Source of the DNA: an uncultured delta proteobacterium
GTDB lineage: Bacteria > Desulfobacterota > RBG-13-43-22
Length of the DNA stretch: 64,000 bases
Reading direction: 5' to 3'
Assembly: GCA_963790475.1 (NCBI GenBank)
Contig: CAWBOS010000010.1
Location: 1,088,001-1,152,000, forward strand
Shown: piece after piece, positions 49,998 through 60,537 of the stretch
Layout: each line of letters opens with the position of its first letter
Numbering within the stretch: position 1 is the first letter of the stretch
Made by a program: the position numbers and the translations under genes
Notes under the pieces: generated by a model
The model's input: the letters and a program-made list of their open reading frames with translations, nothing else
The model's database searches: none
What the model was told of the DNA's origin: nothing

Positions 49998-50753
49998 TTA
50001 AGAACCAGGGGGAATGGGTTGCCCAGGTTGAACCCCTGGGGAGGGAAATCCTGGCATTCGACCGGTAGGAATAGGCCTGATAGGCCTTTGCCCCGGATTC
50101 GGAGTGGGCATCCTTGAAGGCTGAGGAAATGCTGGCTGCGGAACCGCAGACTGCGGAAGTGCAGGCTGAGGCATTGAGGGACTTGGAGCGGGCATACCCG
50201 CCGGCGGAACCGGCGTTCTGGGCCCCGGCCCCGAGATCGTTTCCCTGGCCTTGGATGAACCTGGTTCTTGCAGAAGAACTTGTATGGCTTCTTCTCCCCG
50301 GGTCATGATCACCTTGTCGGTCATAACTTCTTTCAACATGAAACCACTTAAGGACTCACCAATCTTCAAAGCGGTTTGTCTTTGTCCCCTTCCGGGAGTC
50401 GTCACCGGGGCCTTTTTGTCTTCCAAATAGGCCATCCTTAAATCAGGGGTGATCAAGGTTCCAAAGAGGATGAATTCCGGTTTGGGAAGGACGGATTCCG
50501 GTTTTTTTTCAGGCAGGATGATCCGATCCGGATGAAATAGATTTTGATCGGCAATGACCCTGTATTCCTGAGGCGAGAGCGTTTGGGTTTTCAAGGATTC
50601 AAAGGGGTTCTTATCGGCCTGTTTCTTGGGGATGGGGGGGACTACAAAGGTGACATCCGTATCCAGTCTGGGAAAAAGGAACCCATAAAGAAATATAAGG
50701 GATACGGTGATCAGGATACAGTTCAACAGATTGATGTTTTTTAGAAGCCGCAT
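49998..50753 (-). CDS. GspC-like T2SS protein (TM, HR-like domain, Pro-rich tail)
   Basis: N-terminal TM, NLFHPDR and LFGTL...IGE motifs, last gene of the gsp operon. Confidence 0.6.
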   Translation of the reverse strand: MRLLKNINLLNCILITVSLIFLYGFLFPRLDTDVTFVVPPIPKKQADKNPFESLKTQTLSPQEYRVIADQNLFHPDRIILPEKKPESVLPKPEFILFGTLITPDLRMAYLEDKKAPVTTPGRGQRQTALKIGESLSGFMLKEVMTDKVIMTRGEEAIQVLLQEPGSSKARETISGPGPRTPVPPAGMPAPSPSMPQPALPQSAVPQPAFPQPSRMPTPNPGQRPIRPIPTGRMPGFPSPGVQPGQPIPPGS

Positions 50754-50763
50754 CAGCCCCACT

Positions 50764-51417
50764 TTACTTGCCCCCGTAAAGGGCGGTGACATCCAACTTC
50801 ACCATGAGTTCTCTCGGTTCTTTAAAATTTCTGACCCGGCAGTCCAGTTCTTTAATCACCAGGGAAGGGATCCGGGTCTCCACAAAAAAAATAATGTCTC
50901 GTAAAGCCCCTGTGTCCGGGGCTGTAAAATCAAAACTCACGCTGACAAATTTGAACCGACTTTTATCTTCCGGTTTCTCTTTTTTGGCTTTAGGCCCTTT
51001 CTCCGGTTTTTGGCTTTTCAAGGCCTCTTTGGACGGCCCAACCGGCCCGGTAGCCATCTCTTCTTCCTTCCCCATCCGTTCACTGGAGATCACTCCACCC
51101 CGGCTGGTAATAATACCTTTGACCATTTCTTGAAGACTGGCCGCGGCCAGGGAAAAGGTCTCTCCTTCGATCAGTTTTGCCGTTTCGGTTTTCCTTTTTT
51201 CCTTAACGGCCAGGAGTCTCTTTTCAAGATCGGGCTTCTCGGCAATGATGGTCAGGTATTTTTCAAGCGTTTTGGTCTTACTGTTTTGCTCCTCCTGGAT
51301 CAAAGCCAATTCTTGGCGAATTCGCACAAAGCCGTATTGATAAATGACCAATCCGGTCAGGATGACCAGGATAGGGACTGCTATTATCAATAATCTGTTT
51401 TTCTTCATGTCAGACAC
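50764..51417 (-). CDS. GspM/PilO-like inner-membrane platform protein
   Basis: Single TM, coiled coil and ferredoxin-like C-terminus, with gsp context. Confidence 0.7.
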   Translation of the reverse strand: MSDMKKNRLLIIAVPILVILTGLVIYQYGFVRIRQELALIQEEQNSKTKTLEKYLTIIAEKPDLEKRLLAVKEKRKTETAKLIEGETFSLAAASLQEMVKGIITSRGGVISSERMGKEEEMATGPVGPSKEALKSQKPEKGPKAKKEKPEDKSRFKFVSVSFDFTAPDTGALRDIIFFVETRIPSLVIKELDCRVRNFKEPRELMVKLDVTALYGGK

Positions 51418-51479
51418 TTAACTCCGCTTGCACGGGCTCCGCGGAAAAATAAAAATTGCTTTTGCGGACCGCCAAATGA

Positions 51480-53000
51480 TTAACGTCGAACCGCATCTTC
51501 TTTCCGAAAACCTTCAAGTTCCATTTTGATCTGAAAACGATCCATATTCTGTCTCGGGTCTCGGAAAGTCGGGGCCGAAAACTCCACTTTCTGAAAAAGG
51601 GGCGATGCTTCCAACCTGGAGATCAATGACGTGGCCGAAGGGGAATACCCTTCAATATTGACCTGAGATTCGAAAAATCTGGCCCGGGTCAGCCAGGTAT
51701 TCTTTGGCAGTACCACGGTCAATTCTTTCAGGATATCGGAACTCAAAGGTTTTGACTGTTTGAAATCATTGATCAGAAGAACTTCTTTATAAACCGTTTC
51801 AATCTCTTTTTTGAGGCTCTCCACCTTTTTAATTTCCACCTTTTTTGAAGCAATCAGCTTTTCAATATTTTGAAGTCTCTCCTTTTCCACCTCAATCGGG
51901 GTTATCCAATAGATTCCAAACAGTACCCCCAGGGCCAGGACCAGCAAGATGGTAATCACCAACGGGGGTTTTGACTTTTTGTGAAGACCCTTCAGGAGTA
52001 AGTTGATACCCAAAGAACTGCTCCATAGAGATTCTAAGACACCCCCCAGGGCTGGATAGGGGACCTGATCTTGTTTTCTTACCCCAGCTCCAAACCCCAT
52101 CTCCACTTCATCCAAAAATTGAATGGGCCGTTCTATACGGGATTTAATCTCTTCTCTCAGAGAAGCCCTTTTACCTTTCAGATCAAAAATGGCCTCCTCC
52201 AACGGATTCAACTCCCCTGAAAAAGGGGCGGATGATTCTATTTCCTGATCGATCCGGGTCACGATGGTCTTTTCATCCCTGGTCGGAAAAACACCGGAAA
52301 AGACCTTCAAGGAAATATTCGATCGATAGAATATCCCCTCATATTGTTTTTCATCGATTCCGACAAAAAGCACGCGATCCGTTTTATGAATATACCGCCA
52401 AAGGGTCCCTATTCCCAACAGGTTCACCGTGATTTGATCGACTTTAAATCCTTTTTCCTGGATGGCTTTCAGGTAAGGGTTAACGAGCTCCATGCGGATG
52501 GCCGCTACCAGGATGCTGACCTTTCCCGCATCTTCTTTGAAGACCCGAAAGTCATAAAAGGCATTTTCGGGAGTGAATGGGGTTATCCGGTCCAGTTCAA
52601 AGGCAATGACATTGGAAATGTTTTCCAGTACGCTGGTGGGATAGTCTACTGTTTTGACGACCGCCCAGGCTTTGGGAAGGCTCAGCGTCAGGTGGCATCT
52701 TTCCGCCCTTAGTTCCGCCCTGGCCAAACCGAGACAAGAGGTCAAAAATTCAGGGGAGGGATACTCGTTTTCGGCCTGAAGATACTTCTTGGACCCTATA
52801 ATTTTTATCCGGGAAAAAAATCGGGACCCAACAGCAACAGAGACCTCTCCTTTTTCAACGGCCAGGCAAAGGGTTTTTTTAAAAGAAATCCGGTCATCCG
52901 CCGGACTTAGAAAAAACACCCCTCCGAGGGGTTTTCTCATTTTCTGCCAAGCCGACCGGATGAGATTGATGGTCTCTTTGTTTTTATGAAGGGTTTTCAT
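51480..53000 (-). CDS. GspL-like protein (actin-like + PilN domains)
   Basis: FELDRITPF...YDF, INLL + TM, and ELTVVLPKNTWL...IEGYS. Confidence 0.8.
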   Translation of the reverse strand: MKTLHKNKETINLIRSAWQKMRKPLGGVFFLSPADDRISFKKTLCLAVEKGEVSVAVGSRFFSRIKIIGSKKYLQAENEYPSPEFLTSCLGLARAELRAERCHLTLSLPKAWAVVKTVDYPTSVLENISNVIAFELDRITPFTPENAFYDFRVFKEDAGKVSILVAAIRMELVNPYLKAIQEKGFKVDQITVNLLGIGTLWRYIHKTDRVLFVGIDEKQYEGIFYRSNISLKVFSGVFPTRDEKTIVTRIDQEIESSAPFSGELNPLEEAIFDLKGKRASLREEIKSRIERPIQFLDEVEMGFGAGVRKQDQVPYPALGGVLESLWSSSLGINLLLKGLHKKSKPPLVITILLVLALGVLFGIYWITPIEVEKERLQNIEKLIASKKVEIKKVESLKKEIETVYKEVLLINDFKQSKPLSSDILKELTVVLPKNTWLTRARFFESQVNIEGYSPSATSLISRLEASPLFQKVEFSAPTFRDPRQNMDRFQIKMELEGFRKEDAVRR

Positions 53001-53970
53001 TCAGTTTCAACGTGACCGGGGTCTTATAATAAAGGGTTTTGTATTGGTTGTTGGTCAAAAGGCTAACCGTTGTCCGGATCCCATAGGCGGATTGCGGTTT
53101 TTCTCTGTATCCCGATGATTCAATCGTGAAAATATTGCCCGGATCCGTAGTGATATAGGGAGCCATCAAGGCTTGATTCACGACTACCGACCCGCCGATC
53201 TCCTGGATAATCTTTATCTCTTGTTTTTGCCGGTAGTTGATAATTTCTTCGACCATATCCGCGGTCATCCCCGGAATGGCCATCAAGACTTCTTTGGAGG
53301 CGGCATTGATGTTAATCTTGCCTGTTCCATAGACGGTCAAACAATCGATTAAACCCTTTTTTTGCCCATCCCCATAAAGGATTTCCCGGGTCACCCCTTT
53401 GACCAACAGAAGTTCCTCCAAGGTTTCAATGTTGCCGTTTTTGGCCTTGTAAGGATTAGGCAGCGATAGGTAATAGTCGGATTCGGCCCCATTCAAGCGG
53501 TGCAAATCATCCTTATCAATCCAATCCAGGATAGAATCGACAATGGTATCCAGGGTTGTTCCTTCAATCCCAAGGGCTCCCAATAGATTTCTCAATAATA
53601 GTTCAGGAGCCGAATTAATATCCAACTTTCCGGATTCATCGGTTATCTTAACAGTATAGTTGCCGTCGCCAACCTGGCCGGAATAAGGACGGCCGTCGAC
53701 TATCCAAACCATTTGATCTTCCGTCAGTACCTTATTCAAATTTTGCCTCCGGTAAAAAAGTTCCAAAATACCCCGTTGCACTCCGGCTTCGGCCAGGAAC
53801 CTTTTCTCCATCCCTTCTTTAAAAGAAAGGGTGGAAAGGCTTTCGGTCCGGGCCATATAGGAAAATGAAAAAACAATGACCATGAGGACCGTCAAAACCC
53901 AGAGGACCGTCAGTAAGGCAATACCTCTTTGATTGTTGCTCATTACGATTTTAAATTCAATCCGTCTCAC
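52984..53970 (-). CDS. gspK: T2SS minor pseudopilin K
   Basis: RG|IALLTVLW, DESGKLDIN, DWIDKD and ININAA. Confidence 0.92.
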   Translation of the reverse strand: MRRIEFKIVMSNNQRGIALLTVLWVLTVLMVIVFSFSYMARTESLSTLSFKEGMEKRFLAEAGVQRGILELFYRRQNLNKVLTEDQMVWIVDGRPYSGQVGDGNYTVKITDESGKLDINSAPELLLRNLLGALGIEGTTLDTIVDSILDWIDKDDLHRLNGAESDYYLSLPNPYKAKNGNIETLEELLLVKGVTREILYGDGQKKGLIDCLTVYGTGKININAASKEVLMAIPGMTADMVEEIINYRQKQEIKIIQEIGGSVVVNQALMAPYITTDPGNIFTIESSGYREKPQSAYGIRTTVSLLTNNQYKTLYYKTPVTLKLNENPS

Positions 53971-54731
53971 TGTGTCTTAAATACTCCCCCTGGGCCTGGG
54001 ACGGCCTGGTTTCCCGCCAGACCCCCTTCCGTTTTCATGGGAAGGATCAAGGAAAGGTCCTTCCTTTCTTTGATCAGGTGAAGGCGAATCATCTTCGGCA
54101 GAAAACCGGCCTCGGTCCACTCATTGATCCATTGCCCTTCCTCTTCAGTCGGATCCTGGTAATAATATTCAAAACTCATCTCATCAAAAGATTCCAGGAG
54201 TTTAATCTCTTTCCGGTCTTCCCGCCCTACTTGATTTTCCGAAGCCTGTAGAGCCCTTTTCCCCTGATCGTCAACAATCACCTGATAGGTGACCACCACA
54301 TAACCTGTCTCCCCTCCCCAAATGGAAAAATTGGTTGAAAATTCAAGAGAGTCCGGCTGTCCTTTAAAATAATATTTTTTCTCACCGGCTTCATCAAAGG
54401 TCAAAGGAATTTCCGATTGTATTTGGGCTTCAATCATATTCAAAGAGGCCTTGACCCGCCCCAGAGATTCTATCTTTTTTTCCCCGGCTTCGACTGAACG
54501 AAATCCCAGTCTCAGCACGGCCATCAGGATGAAAACCAAAATCCCGACAATGGCGATGGAAATCATGAGTTCCAGCAGGGTGAAACCGGCCTCTTTCCTC
54601 CTCGGGAACGTTCGGCCTTGGGTCCCGCAAGGCGGGATTGGTCGTCGAACGACAAGTGACCACTGATTAATAAACATACCGTGCCCCTCGTCTCTTCGTA
54701 ATCCTGCCGGCTTTTTATATAGGTTTTTCAA
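53967..54731 (-). CDS. gspJ: T2SS minor pseudopilin J
   Basis: G|FTLLELM prepilin site and operon position. Start is uncertain. Confidence 0.8.
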   Translation of the reverse strand: MKNLYKKPAGLRRDEGHGMFINQWSLVVRRPIPPCGTQGRTFPRRKEAGFTLLELMISIAIVGILVFILMAVLRLGFRSVEAGEKKIESLGRVKASLNMIEAQIQSEIPLTFDEAGEKKYYFKGQPDSLEFSTNFSIWGGETGYVVVTYQVIVDDQGKRALQASENQVGREDRKEIKLLESFDEMSFEYYYQDPTEEEGQWINEWTEAGFLPKMIRLHLIKERKDLSLILPMKTEGGLAGNQAVPGPGGVFKTQ

Positions 54732-55152
54732 CCATCTTCATGGTCTTCAAGGTCAATGATTTTTCCATGGTCCCCTGGGTCCAGTAAACCTTCACCTCCA
54801 CCGCCACCAATTTCACCGGAAGGGCTTCCGCCCTTTCCTTTAAGGTATCCGAAACAGTTACCTGAAATCGATATCCGTTATCCGTAATCCCATTCCAGGA
54901 TTTTTCATAAAATTCCGTACCATCCAGGACTTCTCGCATTTTGGACTGGGCCTCCAGGGAACCAGCCACATATTCTTCCGAAGCCGAAATGGATTTCAAA
55001 TTGGCTGAGAAAAGCTGTAAAATCGCGGTGACGGCAATTCCCAGAAGGGCCAGGGCCACCAAGACCTCCAGAAGGGTAAAACCGGCTGTTCCCTTAAGGG
55101 ATTTCAATGCCGCCTTCTTTCTATTTTCATTATCCGACATTCGATGTCCCAT
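54715..55152 (-). CDS. gspI: T2SS minor pseudopilin I
   Basis: G|FTLLEVLVAL prepilin site and operon position. Confidence 0.82.
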   Translation of the reverse strand: MGHRMSDNENRKKAALKSLKGTAGFTLLEVLVALALLGIAVTAILQLFSANLKSISASEEYVAGSLEAQSKMREVLDGTEFYEKSWNGITDNGYRFQVTVSDTLKERAEALPVKLVAVEVKVYWTQGTMEKSLTLKTMKMVEKPI

Positions 55153-55189
55153 ATTCGATATTCGTTACTGTCTTTCAATCCGGATATAT

Positions 55190-55669
55190 TTACCGGGTAA
55201 CCACCGCCCCCAGCAAAGGGTCCAGTTCGACCTTGAAAGCCCTTTTCTTATCGGACAGCAGAAATGTGGCCCCTTCCATACTCCAATTCGGTTCAAAAAC
55301 CAGGTGATACTGCCCGCTCTGAATCTCTCCGTTTATTGAATCTACTATTTTGAGTTCCAAATTGGAAGGGATTTTCTTGGCCTTTCGCCCATCTATCCCG
55401 TATTCTCTGGCGTCCAGATCAACGGTCCATCCCTGTCGTTCCCCATGGATTTTGGCCAAGTCGCGGGCTTGTCTCAAGCTGGCCGAAAACTCCCTGACCG
55501 TTGCCTGGAGTTTAGCCGAAGAAAGAAGCCTGGTAAAAGAACCCGTCACCAACCCCAGGATCAGCAGGCTTAACATCAGGACTATGATCACTTCCAGCAG
55601 GGTGAATCCGGATTCGTTTTCCTTTAAAATCCTGGAATGTCGAATATCGAACAAACAATTTCGAATCAT
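55190..55669 (-). CDS. gspH: T2SS minor pseudopilin H
   Basis: G|FTLLEVI prepilin site and LRQARDLA. Confidence 0.82.
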   Translation of the reverse strand: MIRNCLFDIRHSRILKENESGFTLLEVIIVLMLSLLILGLVTGSFTRLLSSAKLQATVREFSASLRQARDLAKIHGERQGWTVDLDAREYGIDGRKAKKIPSNLELKIVDSINGEIQSGQYHLVFEPNWSMEGATFLLSDKKRAFKVELDPLLGAVVTR

Positions 55670-55803
55670 GGAGTTTACTTTCTTGTTTGTTTTGCGGCAA
55701 TAGGTCGAACGGTAAAATTTATCAATCGTTCTTCAAGATCAAATATTTTTTCTTCTTTCAACATTCACTATTCGATATTCGGTATTCGATATTTTCTATC
55801 TGG

Positions 55804-56997
55804 TTAAAAAGGCAGATCGGTGATGCTGAAAATAGCCATCAGCATGGATAAAACGATGAAGCCTATGACCAACCCCATTCCCAAAATCATCGCCGGCTCG
55901 AGAAAGCTGATAAACCTTTTAATGGAGACCCGCAAACTTTTTTCATAGGTGGCAGCCACCTTTAATAACATAGTATCCAATTGACCGGTTTCCTCCCCCA
56001 CCTTGATCATGGATAAGGCCAGCGGAGGAAACACCCCGGCGGCGGCCAGGGGGAGGGACATCCCCTTGCCTTCCTTCACCCCCTGGGAGACCGCCTCCAG
56101 GGCCGAGGCAATCGCCTGATTGCTGATCACGTCCCGGGAATTTTTCAAGGCCTGAAGCAATGGGACTCCGCTTTTTATCAGGGTGCCCAGGGTCCGGCAA
56201 AAACGGGCGGTTTCCAATTTTCGGATGATTTCCCCCAACAACTTCAGTTTTATCCCGTCCCAATGATAGCGCCCCCGGTCTGATTTGATATAGGTCCTGA
56301 AGAGAAACCAGCTCAAAAAAAGCAGGATCAAGGCTATCCACCAGTAGGTCTTCAAACCCTGGCTGAAGGAAAGTAGAAGTTGAGTCGAAAGAGGCAGGGA
56401 ACTTCCCATCTCGGAAAATATGACGGAAAACTTCGGCAGAACATAGGTCAGCAAGATAATAATCGATAAACCGCCGGTGGATACCAGGATAACCGGGTAT
56501 ATCATGGAGGACAAAACTTGCTCTTTCAATTCCTGTGCCGATTCCAGAAACTCGGTCAGCTTTTCCAGCACAACCGGCAATACCCCGCCCGCCTCTCCCG
56601 CCTTAATCATGTTGATATAGAGTCTGGAAAACATCCTGGGGTGTTTTTGAAGGGCGTCGGAAAAAGAACTTCCTTCCCGGATTGACCGGAGAATGGCCTG
56701 GATCAAGGTTTGCCTGTCTTTATTTTCTGAAATGCCGGCCAGGATATTCAGACTTCGGTCCAGGGGCATCCCGGCTTCTAAAAGAGAGGTCAACTCCGTT
56801 GTGAAGTTAAGGAGATCTCCGGAGTGGGAGCGCAGGGAAAAACGCGTTTTGAGACTTTTTCCGGGGGCGAAGATTTTTAAAGGGATGATGTTGGAATTTT
56901 TCAGCCGTTCGACGGCGGCCTGTTCATCGGCGGCTTCAATAGCCCCTTCGATAATAGTTCCCTCAACATTAGTCCCCCGGTAAGAAAAAACAGCCAT
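55804..56997 (-). CDS. gspF: T2SS inner-membrane platform protein F
   Basis: LLEAGMPL, AGEAGGVL, MIYP and VGEETGQL. Confidence 0.93.
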   Translation of the reverse strand: MAVFSYRGTNVEGTIIEGAIEAADEQAAVERLKNSNIIPLKIFAPGKSLKTRFSLRSHSGDLLNFTTELTSLLEAGMPLDRSLNILAGISENKDRQTLIQAILRSIREGSSFSDALQKHPRMFSRLYINMIKAGEAGGVLPVVLEKLTEFLESAQELKEQVLSSMIYPVILVSTGGLSIIILLTYVLPKFSVIFSEMGSSLPLSTQLLLSFSQGLKTYWWIALILLFLSWFLFRTYIKSDRGRYHWDGIKLKLLGEIIRKLETARFCRTLGTLIKSGVPLLQALKNSRDVISNQAIASALEAVSQGVKEGKGMSLPLAAAGVFPPLALSMIKVGEETGQLDTMLLKVAATYEKSLRVSIKRFISFLEPAMILGMGLVIGFIVLSMLMAIFSITDLPF

Positions 56998-58520
56998 TAG
57001 ACCTCTTGAGTGACCCGGAGGACTTCCGGCAAAGTGGTTATTCCGGCCTTTACTTTTTCAAGTCCGTCTTCCAACAGGGTTTTCATGCCATTGGCCCTGG
57101 CCGCTTCTCTGATTTGAATAGCATCGGCATTTTTCAGGATCATTCTCCGGATGGTATCATCGATCAGAAATAATTCAAAGATCCCGACCCGTCCCCAAAA
57201 ACCAGTGCCGGCGCACTGTTCACACCCGGTCCCTTTACACAGGGTTTCGATGTTGCCCATCTGCAGGTGAACCAGCTCTTCCTGAACAGCCGGGGCAGGA
57301 TCCACCACTTTGCAGACCGGACAGATGACCCGCACCAAACGTTGAGCCAGAACGCCGCGTATGGTCGAGGAAAGGAGAAAGCTTTCCACCCCCATGTCCA
57401 GCAGCCGGGTGATGGCACTGGGGGCATCATTGGTGTGCAGGGTGGAAAAGACCAAATGGCCGGTCAGGGCCGATTGAATGGCGATCTCGGCAGTCTCCAG
57501 GTCCCGAATCTCCCCGATCATGATAATATCGGGGTCATGGCGGACGATATGCCGAAGGGTACCTGCAAAATTCAATCCTATCTGAGGTTTCACCTGGATT
57601 TGATTGATCCCTTTCAACTGATATTCGATGGGGTCTTCCACGGTAATGATCTTCTTATCCGGTGAGTTGATCTTGTCCAATGCCCCATACAGGGTTGTAG
57701 TCTTCCCGCTTCCGGTCGGTCCGGTGACTAAAATGATGCCATTGGCTTTTTTGATCAGTTGATTAAAAATGGAGAGATTTTGAGGGGAAAATCCCAGTAC
57801 ATTGAGGTCGATGGTAACCCCCTCTTTCTGGAGTATCCTCATGACCACCCCTTCACCGTAAAGCACCGGGATGGTAGATACTCTTAAATCAATCTCTTTT
57901 TCGGCTATTTTTAATTTGATTCTGCCATCCTGGGGAAGCCTTTTCTCGGCGATATTCAGTTTGGCCATAATCTTAATCCGGGAGAGAATGGCGGCCTGCA
58001 GATTCTTAGGCAAGGATTCGATTTCGTGCAGCACCCCGTCAATGCGATAGCGCACCTTCAATTCATCTTCGAAGGGTTCGATATGGATATCACTGGAACG
58101 GCTTTCCACGGCCCGGGTAATGACCATATTGACCAATTTAATAATCGGGGCTTCCGAAGCCAGGTCCTTCAGATGCCCGATATCCTCTTCCTCTTCCTTT
58201 AAGAATTCCAGATTATCGGTTTCAATATCTTCGATAATCCGGTTGATGTTTTGGGCCTCCTGACCATAAAACTTGGCAATATACTCGGTGATCAGGGCCG
58301 GGTCTCCGGCATAGACCTTCACCTCAGCCGAGGTGGCCACCTGCAGGGCATCGATCGTCTCCGTGTCTTGCGGAGAGCCCATAGCTACTTTCAAAATATT
58401 ATTTTTGAATTCCAGGGGAACCACCAGGCTTTCCCGGATGAAACGAGAAGAAATCCCTTCCAGGGTAATGGGTATCTTGGGAAGCTGATCCGGATTTAAT
58501 GGAAGTGTTTCAGGGACCAT
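56997..58520 (-). CDS. gspE: T2SS ATPase
   Basis: SDIHIEP, GPTGSGKTT, TVEDP, STLHTN and CxxC...CxxC. Confidence 0.95.
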   Translation of the reverse strand: MVPETLPLNPDQLPKIPITLEGISSRFIRESLVVPLEFKNNILKVAMGSPQDTETIDALQVATSAEVKVYAGDPALITEYIAKFYGQEAQNINRIIEDIETDNLEFLKEEEEDIGHLKDLASEAPIIKLVNMVITRAVESRSSDIHIEPFEDELKVRYRIDGVLHEIESLPKNLQAAILSRIKIMAKLNIAEKRLPQDGRIKLKIAEKEIDLRVSTIPVLYGEGVVMRILQKEGVTIDLNVLGFSPQNLSIFNQLIKKANGIILVTGPTGSGKTTTLYGALDKINSPDKKIITVEDPIEYQLKGINQIQVKPQIGLNFAGTLRHIVRHDPDIIMIGEIRDLETAEIAIQSALTGHLVFSTLHTNDAPSAITRLLDMGVESFLLSSTIRGVLAQRLVRVICPVCKVVDPAPAVQEELVHLQMGNIETLCKGTGCEQCAGTGFWGRVGIFELFLIDDTIRRMILKNADAIQIREAARANGMKTLLEDGLEKVKAGITTLPEVLRVTQEV

Positions 58521-58559
58521 CGTTTTTTTACCTTTTGTTTTTTTATTACATTTCTTTTA

Positions 58560-58588
58560 TTTCTACCACCCTTTTTATCATTTGTCAA
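58560..58588 (-). promoter_or_regulatory. sigma70 promoter of the gspE operon
   Basis: TTGACA-N17-TAGAAA with an extended TG. Confidence 0.55.
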
Positions 58589-58849
58589 TATTAACCGATT
58601 AATATATCTATATTTTACAGGTTGTTTCCATCGACAAGAATTCCTTTCTATCTTTTAAACATCTTACAGGTAATTTGCCTTTTTATATTTTCCAGTTAGC
58701 CTTTATTTTGATGCTGCCCTGCTGTCCCATGGATTTTATCGGTCCTCAAAATTACAGATGAAAGCTCTTGAGCAATTATGATCATGGCCGGTCCCGATTG
58801 CTCTTTGGGCCCTTTTTTAAAGTAATTATTTGATTTGAAATAAGTTATC

Positions 58850-58878
58850 TTGACACACCATTGGCCTTCCCTTATATT
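58850..58878 (+). promoter_or_regulatory. sigma70 promoter of the HD-GYP gene
   Basis: TTGACA-N17-TATATT. Confidence 0.6.
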
Positions 58879-58977
58879 TTAAAATACCTTCCGGAGACGG
58901 GCCTGAAGGAATATTGACAAAAACTAATCTGCGAATCTTAGATCATAAAAGACAATACTCTTCGGAGAGACTACCTA

Positions 58978-60057
58978 ATGGAGGATGAACGATATATCGC
59001 CATTCCTCCGGGCGCAATCATCCCGGAGGTTTTACCAAAATTTAAAATCTATTTTTTCTCGCCGGAGGGGTATTACCTTCTCTGGGCGGGGGAAGGCAAT
59101 AAAGTCACTTCCAAACAGCTTGACAAGCTCTCCGAAAGCGGCCTTGAGGAAGTCTATATCGATCTGGAAGAAAATTTTAAATACGAACAATACCTGGAAA
59201 CCAACCTGGGTAGGATCCTTGAAAATCAAACGACGACGGTGGATCAAAAAGCAGCGATATTCACAAAAGTTTCCACCAATGTCGTCAAAACCGCCTTTGA
59301 AACCTCCTTCGGGAAGGGGGTCATGGGATCCGAGGTCCTGCAAAGAACGGAAACATTAATTAATAACTCCCTGTTATTTATTACGGAGACAAAATCCCTT
59401 CAGCCTTTGGTGCAAATGATCGGGCACGACTACAAGACCTATGAGCATGCCACCAAGGTTCTTTGGTTCACGGTGGCCTTTTTGAAGGAAAATCCTTACA
59501 TCCTGGAAATCGTTCAACCAGGATATCAGGCTCTCGATGAACCTCAAAAGATGGAAATATTAAGGCAGTGCGGGGTTGGAGCCCTGCTCCATGATATCGG
59601 CAAGGCCTATGTTTCCCCTGAAATACTTAACAAAAACGGTCCGCTGACCAAGGTTGAGCAGGAAATCATGAAGCGTCATCCCCTTAACGGACTGGCGATG
59701 CTGCTGGTCACGGGCATTCCCGATTTCGTGAAAAAAGCCGTCCTGCAGCATCATGAAGATTTTGACGGCAGCGGCTATCCTATGAACCTGAAAGGATTGC
59801 ACATCACCATCCTGGCTCGGGTGCTAAGAATCACAGACACCTTTGATGCCATGACCTCACGTCGTCCCTACAAAGACCCCCATCCCCCCAAAAAGGCGCT
59901 AGAGATCATGATCGGAACGCCGGCTAAAAAGAAGAAAAGAATTATGGAGGATGAGTCAGAAGCAGAGGATCGCGATTTGGGGATGATTCATTGTTTTGAT
60001 GAAGATCTGCTCCGAAATTTCATATTGTTTCTCGGAAAAACAAATCTGGGAGAATAA
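58978..60057 (+). CDS. HD-GYP domain protein (cyclic dinucleotide phosphodiesterase)
   Basis: LLHDIGK, HHEDFDGSGYP and DTFDAMTSRRPYK. Confidence 0.92.
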   Translation: MEDERYIAIPPGAIIPEVLPKFKIYFFSPEGYYLLWAGEGNKVTSKQLDKLSESGLEEVYIDLEENFKYEQYLETNLGRILENQTTTVDQKAAIFTKVSTNVVKTAFETSFGKGVMGSEVLQRTETLINNSLLFITETKSLQPLVQMIGHDYKTYEHATKVLWFTVAFLKENPYILEIVQPGYQALDEPQKMEILRQCGVGALLHDIGKAYVSPEILNKNGPLTKVEQEIMKRHPLNGLAMLLVTGIPDFVKKAVLQHHEDFDGSGYPMNLKGLHITILARVLRITDTFDAMTSRRPYKDPHPPKKALEIMIGTPAKKKKRIMEDESEAEDRDLGMIHCFDEDLLRNFILFLGKTNLGE

Positions 60058-60103
60058 TCTGTTAGGATTGCAGGCTTCTATCGGGGGCGGCAACGAGAGG
60101 CGA

Positions 60104-60403
60104 TTATTCCTTTGGTTCCTCCAGCAAATCCCGGATTACCGGTTTTACATAGATATCAGCGATAGGAAAAGATTTTAAGGCCTTCAGGAGTGTCTGAATC
60201 TTCTCTTCCACCCCCGCCTGAGAGTGGATGATCAAAATATATTCCCCTTTCAAACGGCACAGTCCTCCTGAACCGGAGAATTCTTCCAGGGTAACATTCT
60301 CGTAGCGGATGGCTATTCCAAGCTTACCTGCCAAGTCTTCAAGCTCATTCAAAAGGAGTTCGTTGTTCAAGGGAATAACCTCTCGCCAGGAAAAGTAACT
60401 CAA
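60104..60403 (-). CDS. Hypothetical protein
   Basis: Globular-looking ORF (LAGKLGIAIRYE...GGLCRLKG) filling the gap between genes. Start is uncertain. Confidence 0.65.
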   Translation of the reverse strand: MSYFSWREVIPLNNELLLNELEDLAGKLGIAIRYENVTLEEFSGSGGLCRLKGEYILIIHSQAGVEEKIQTLLKALKSFPIADIYVKPVIRDLLEEPKE

Positions 60404-60537
60404 AAATGGACCGTACCCTTTAACCTTGACCTTTTCTTTTTTATATCCTATTTTTATTCCGAATAGAATGAAAAAGGACGCCCTCCGGCATGATCTCGGA
60501 TCTATTTTTCCGTGGCGTTTCCTAGAGAGCTACGGTT

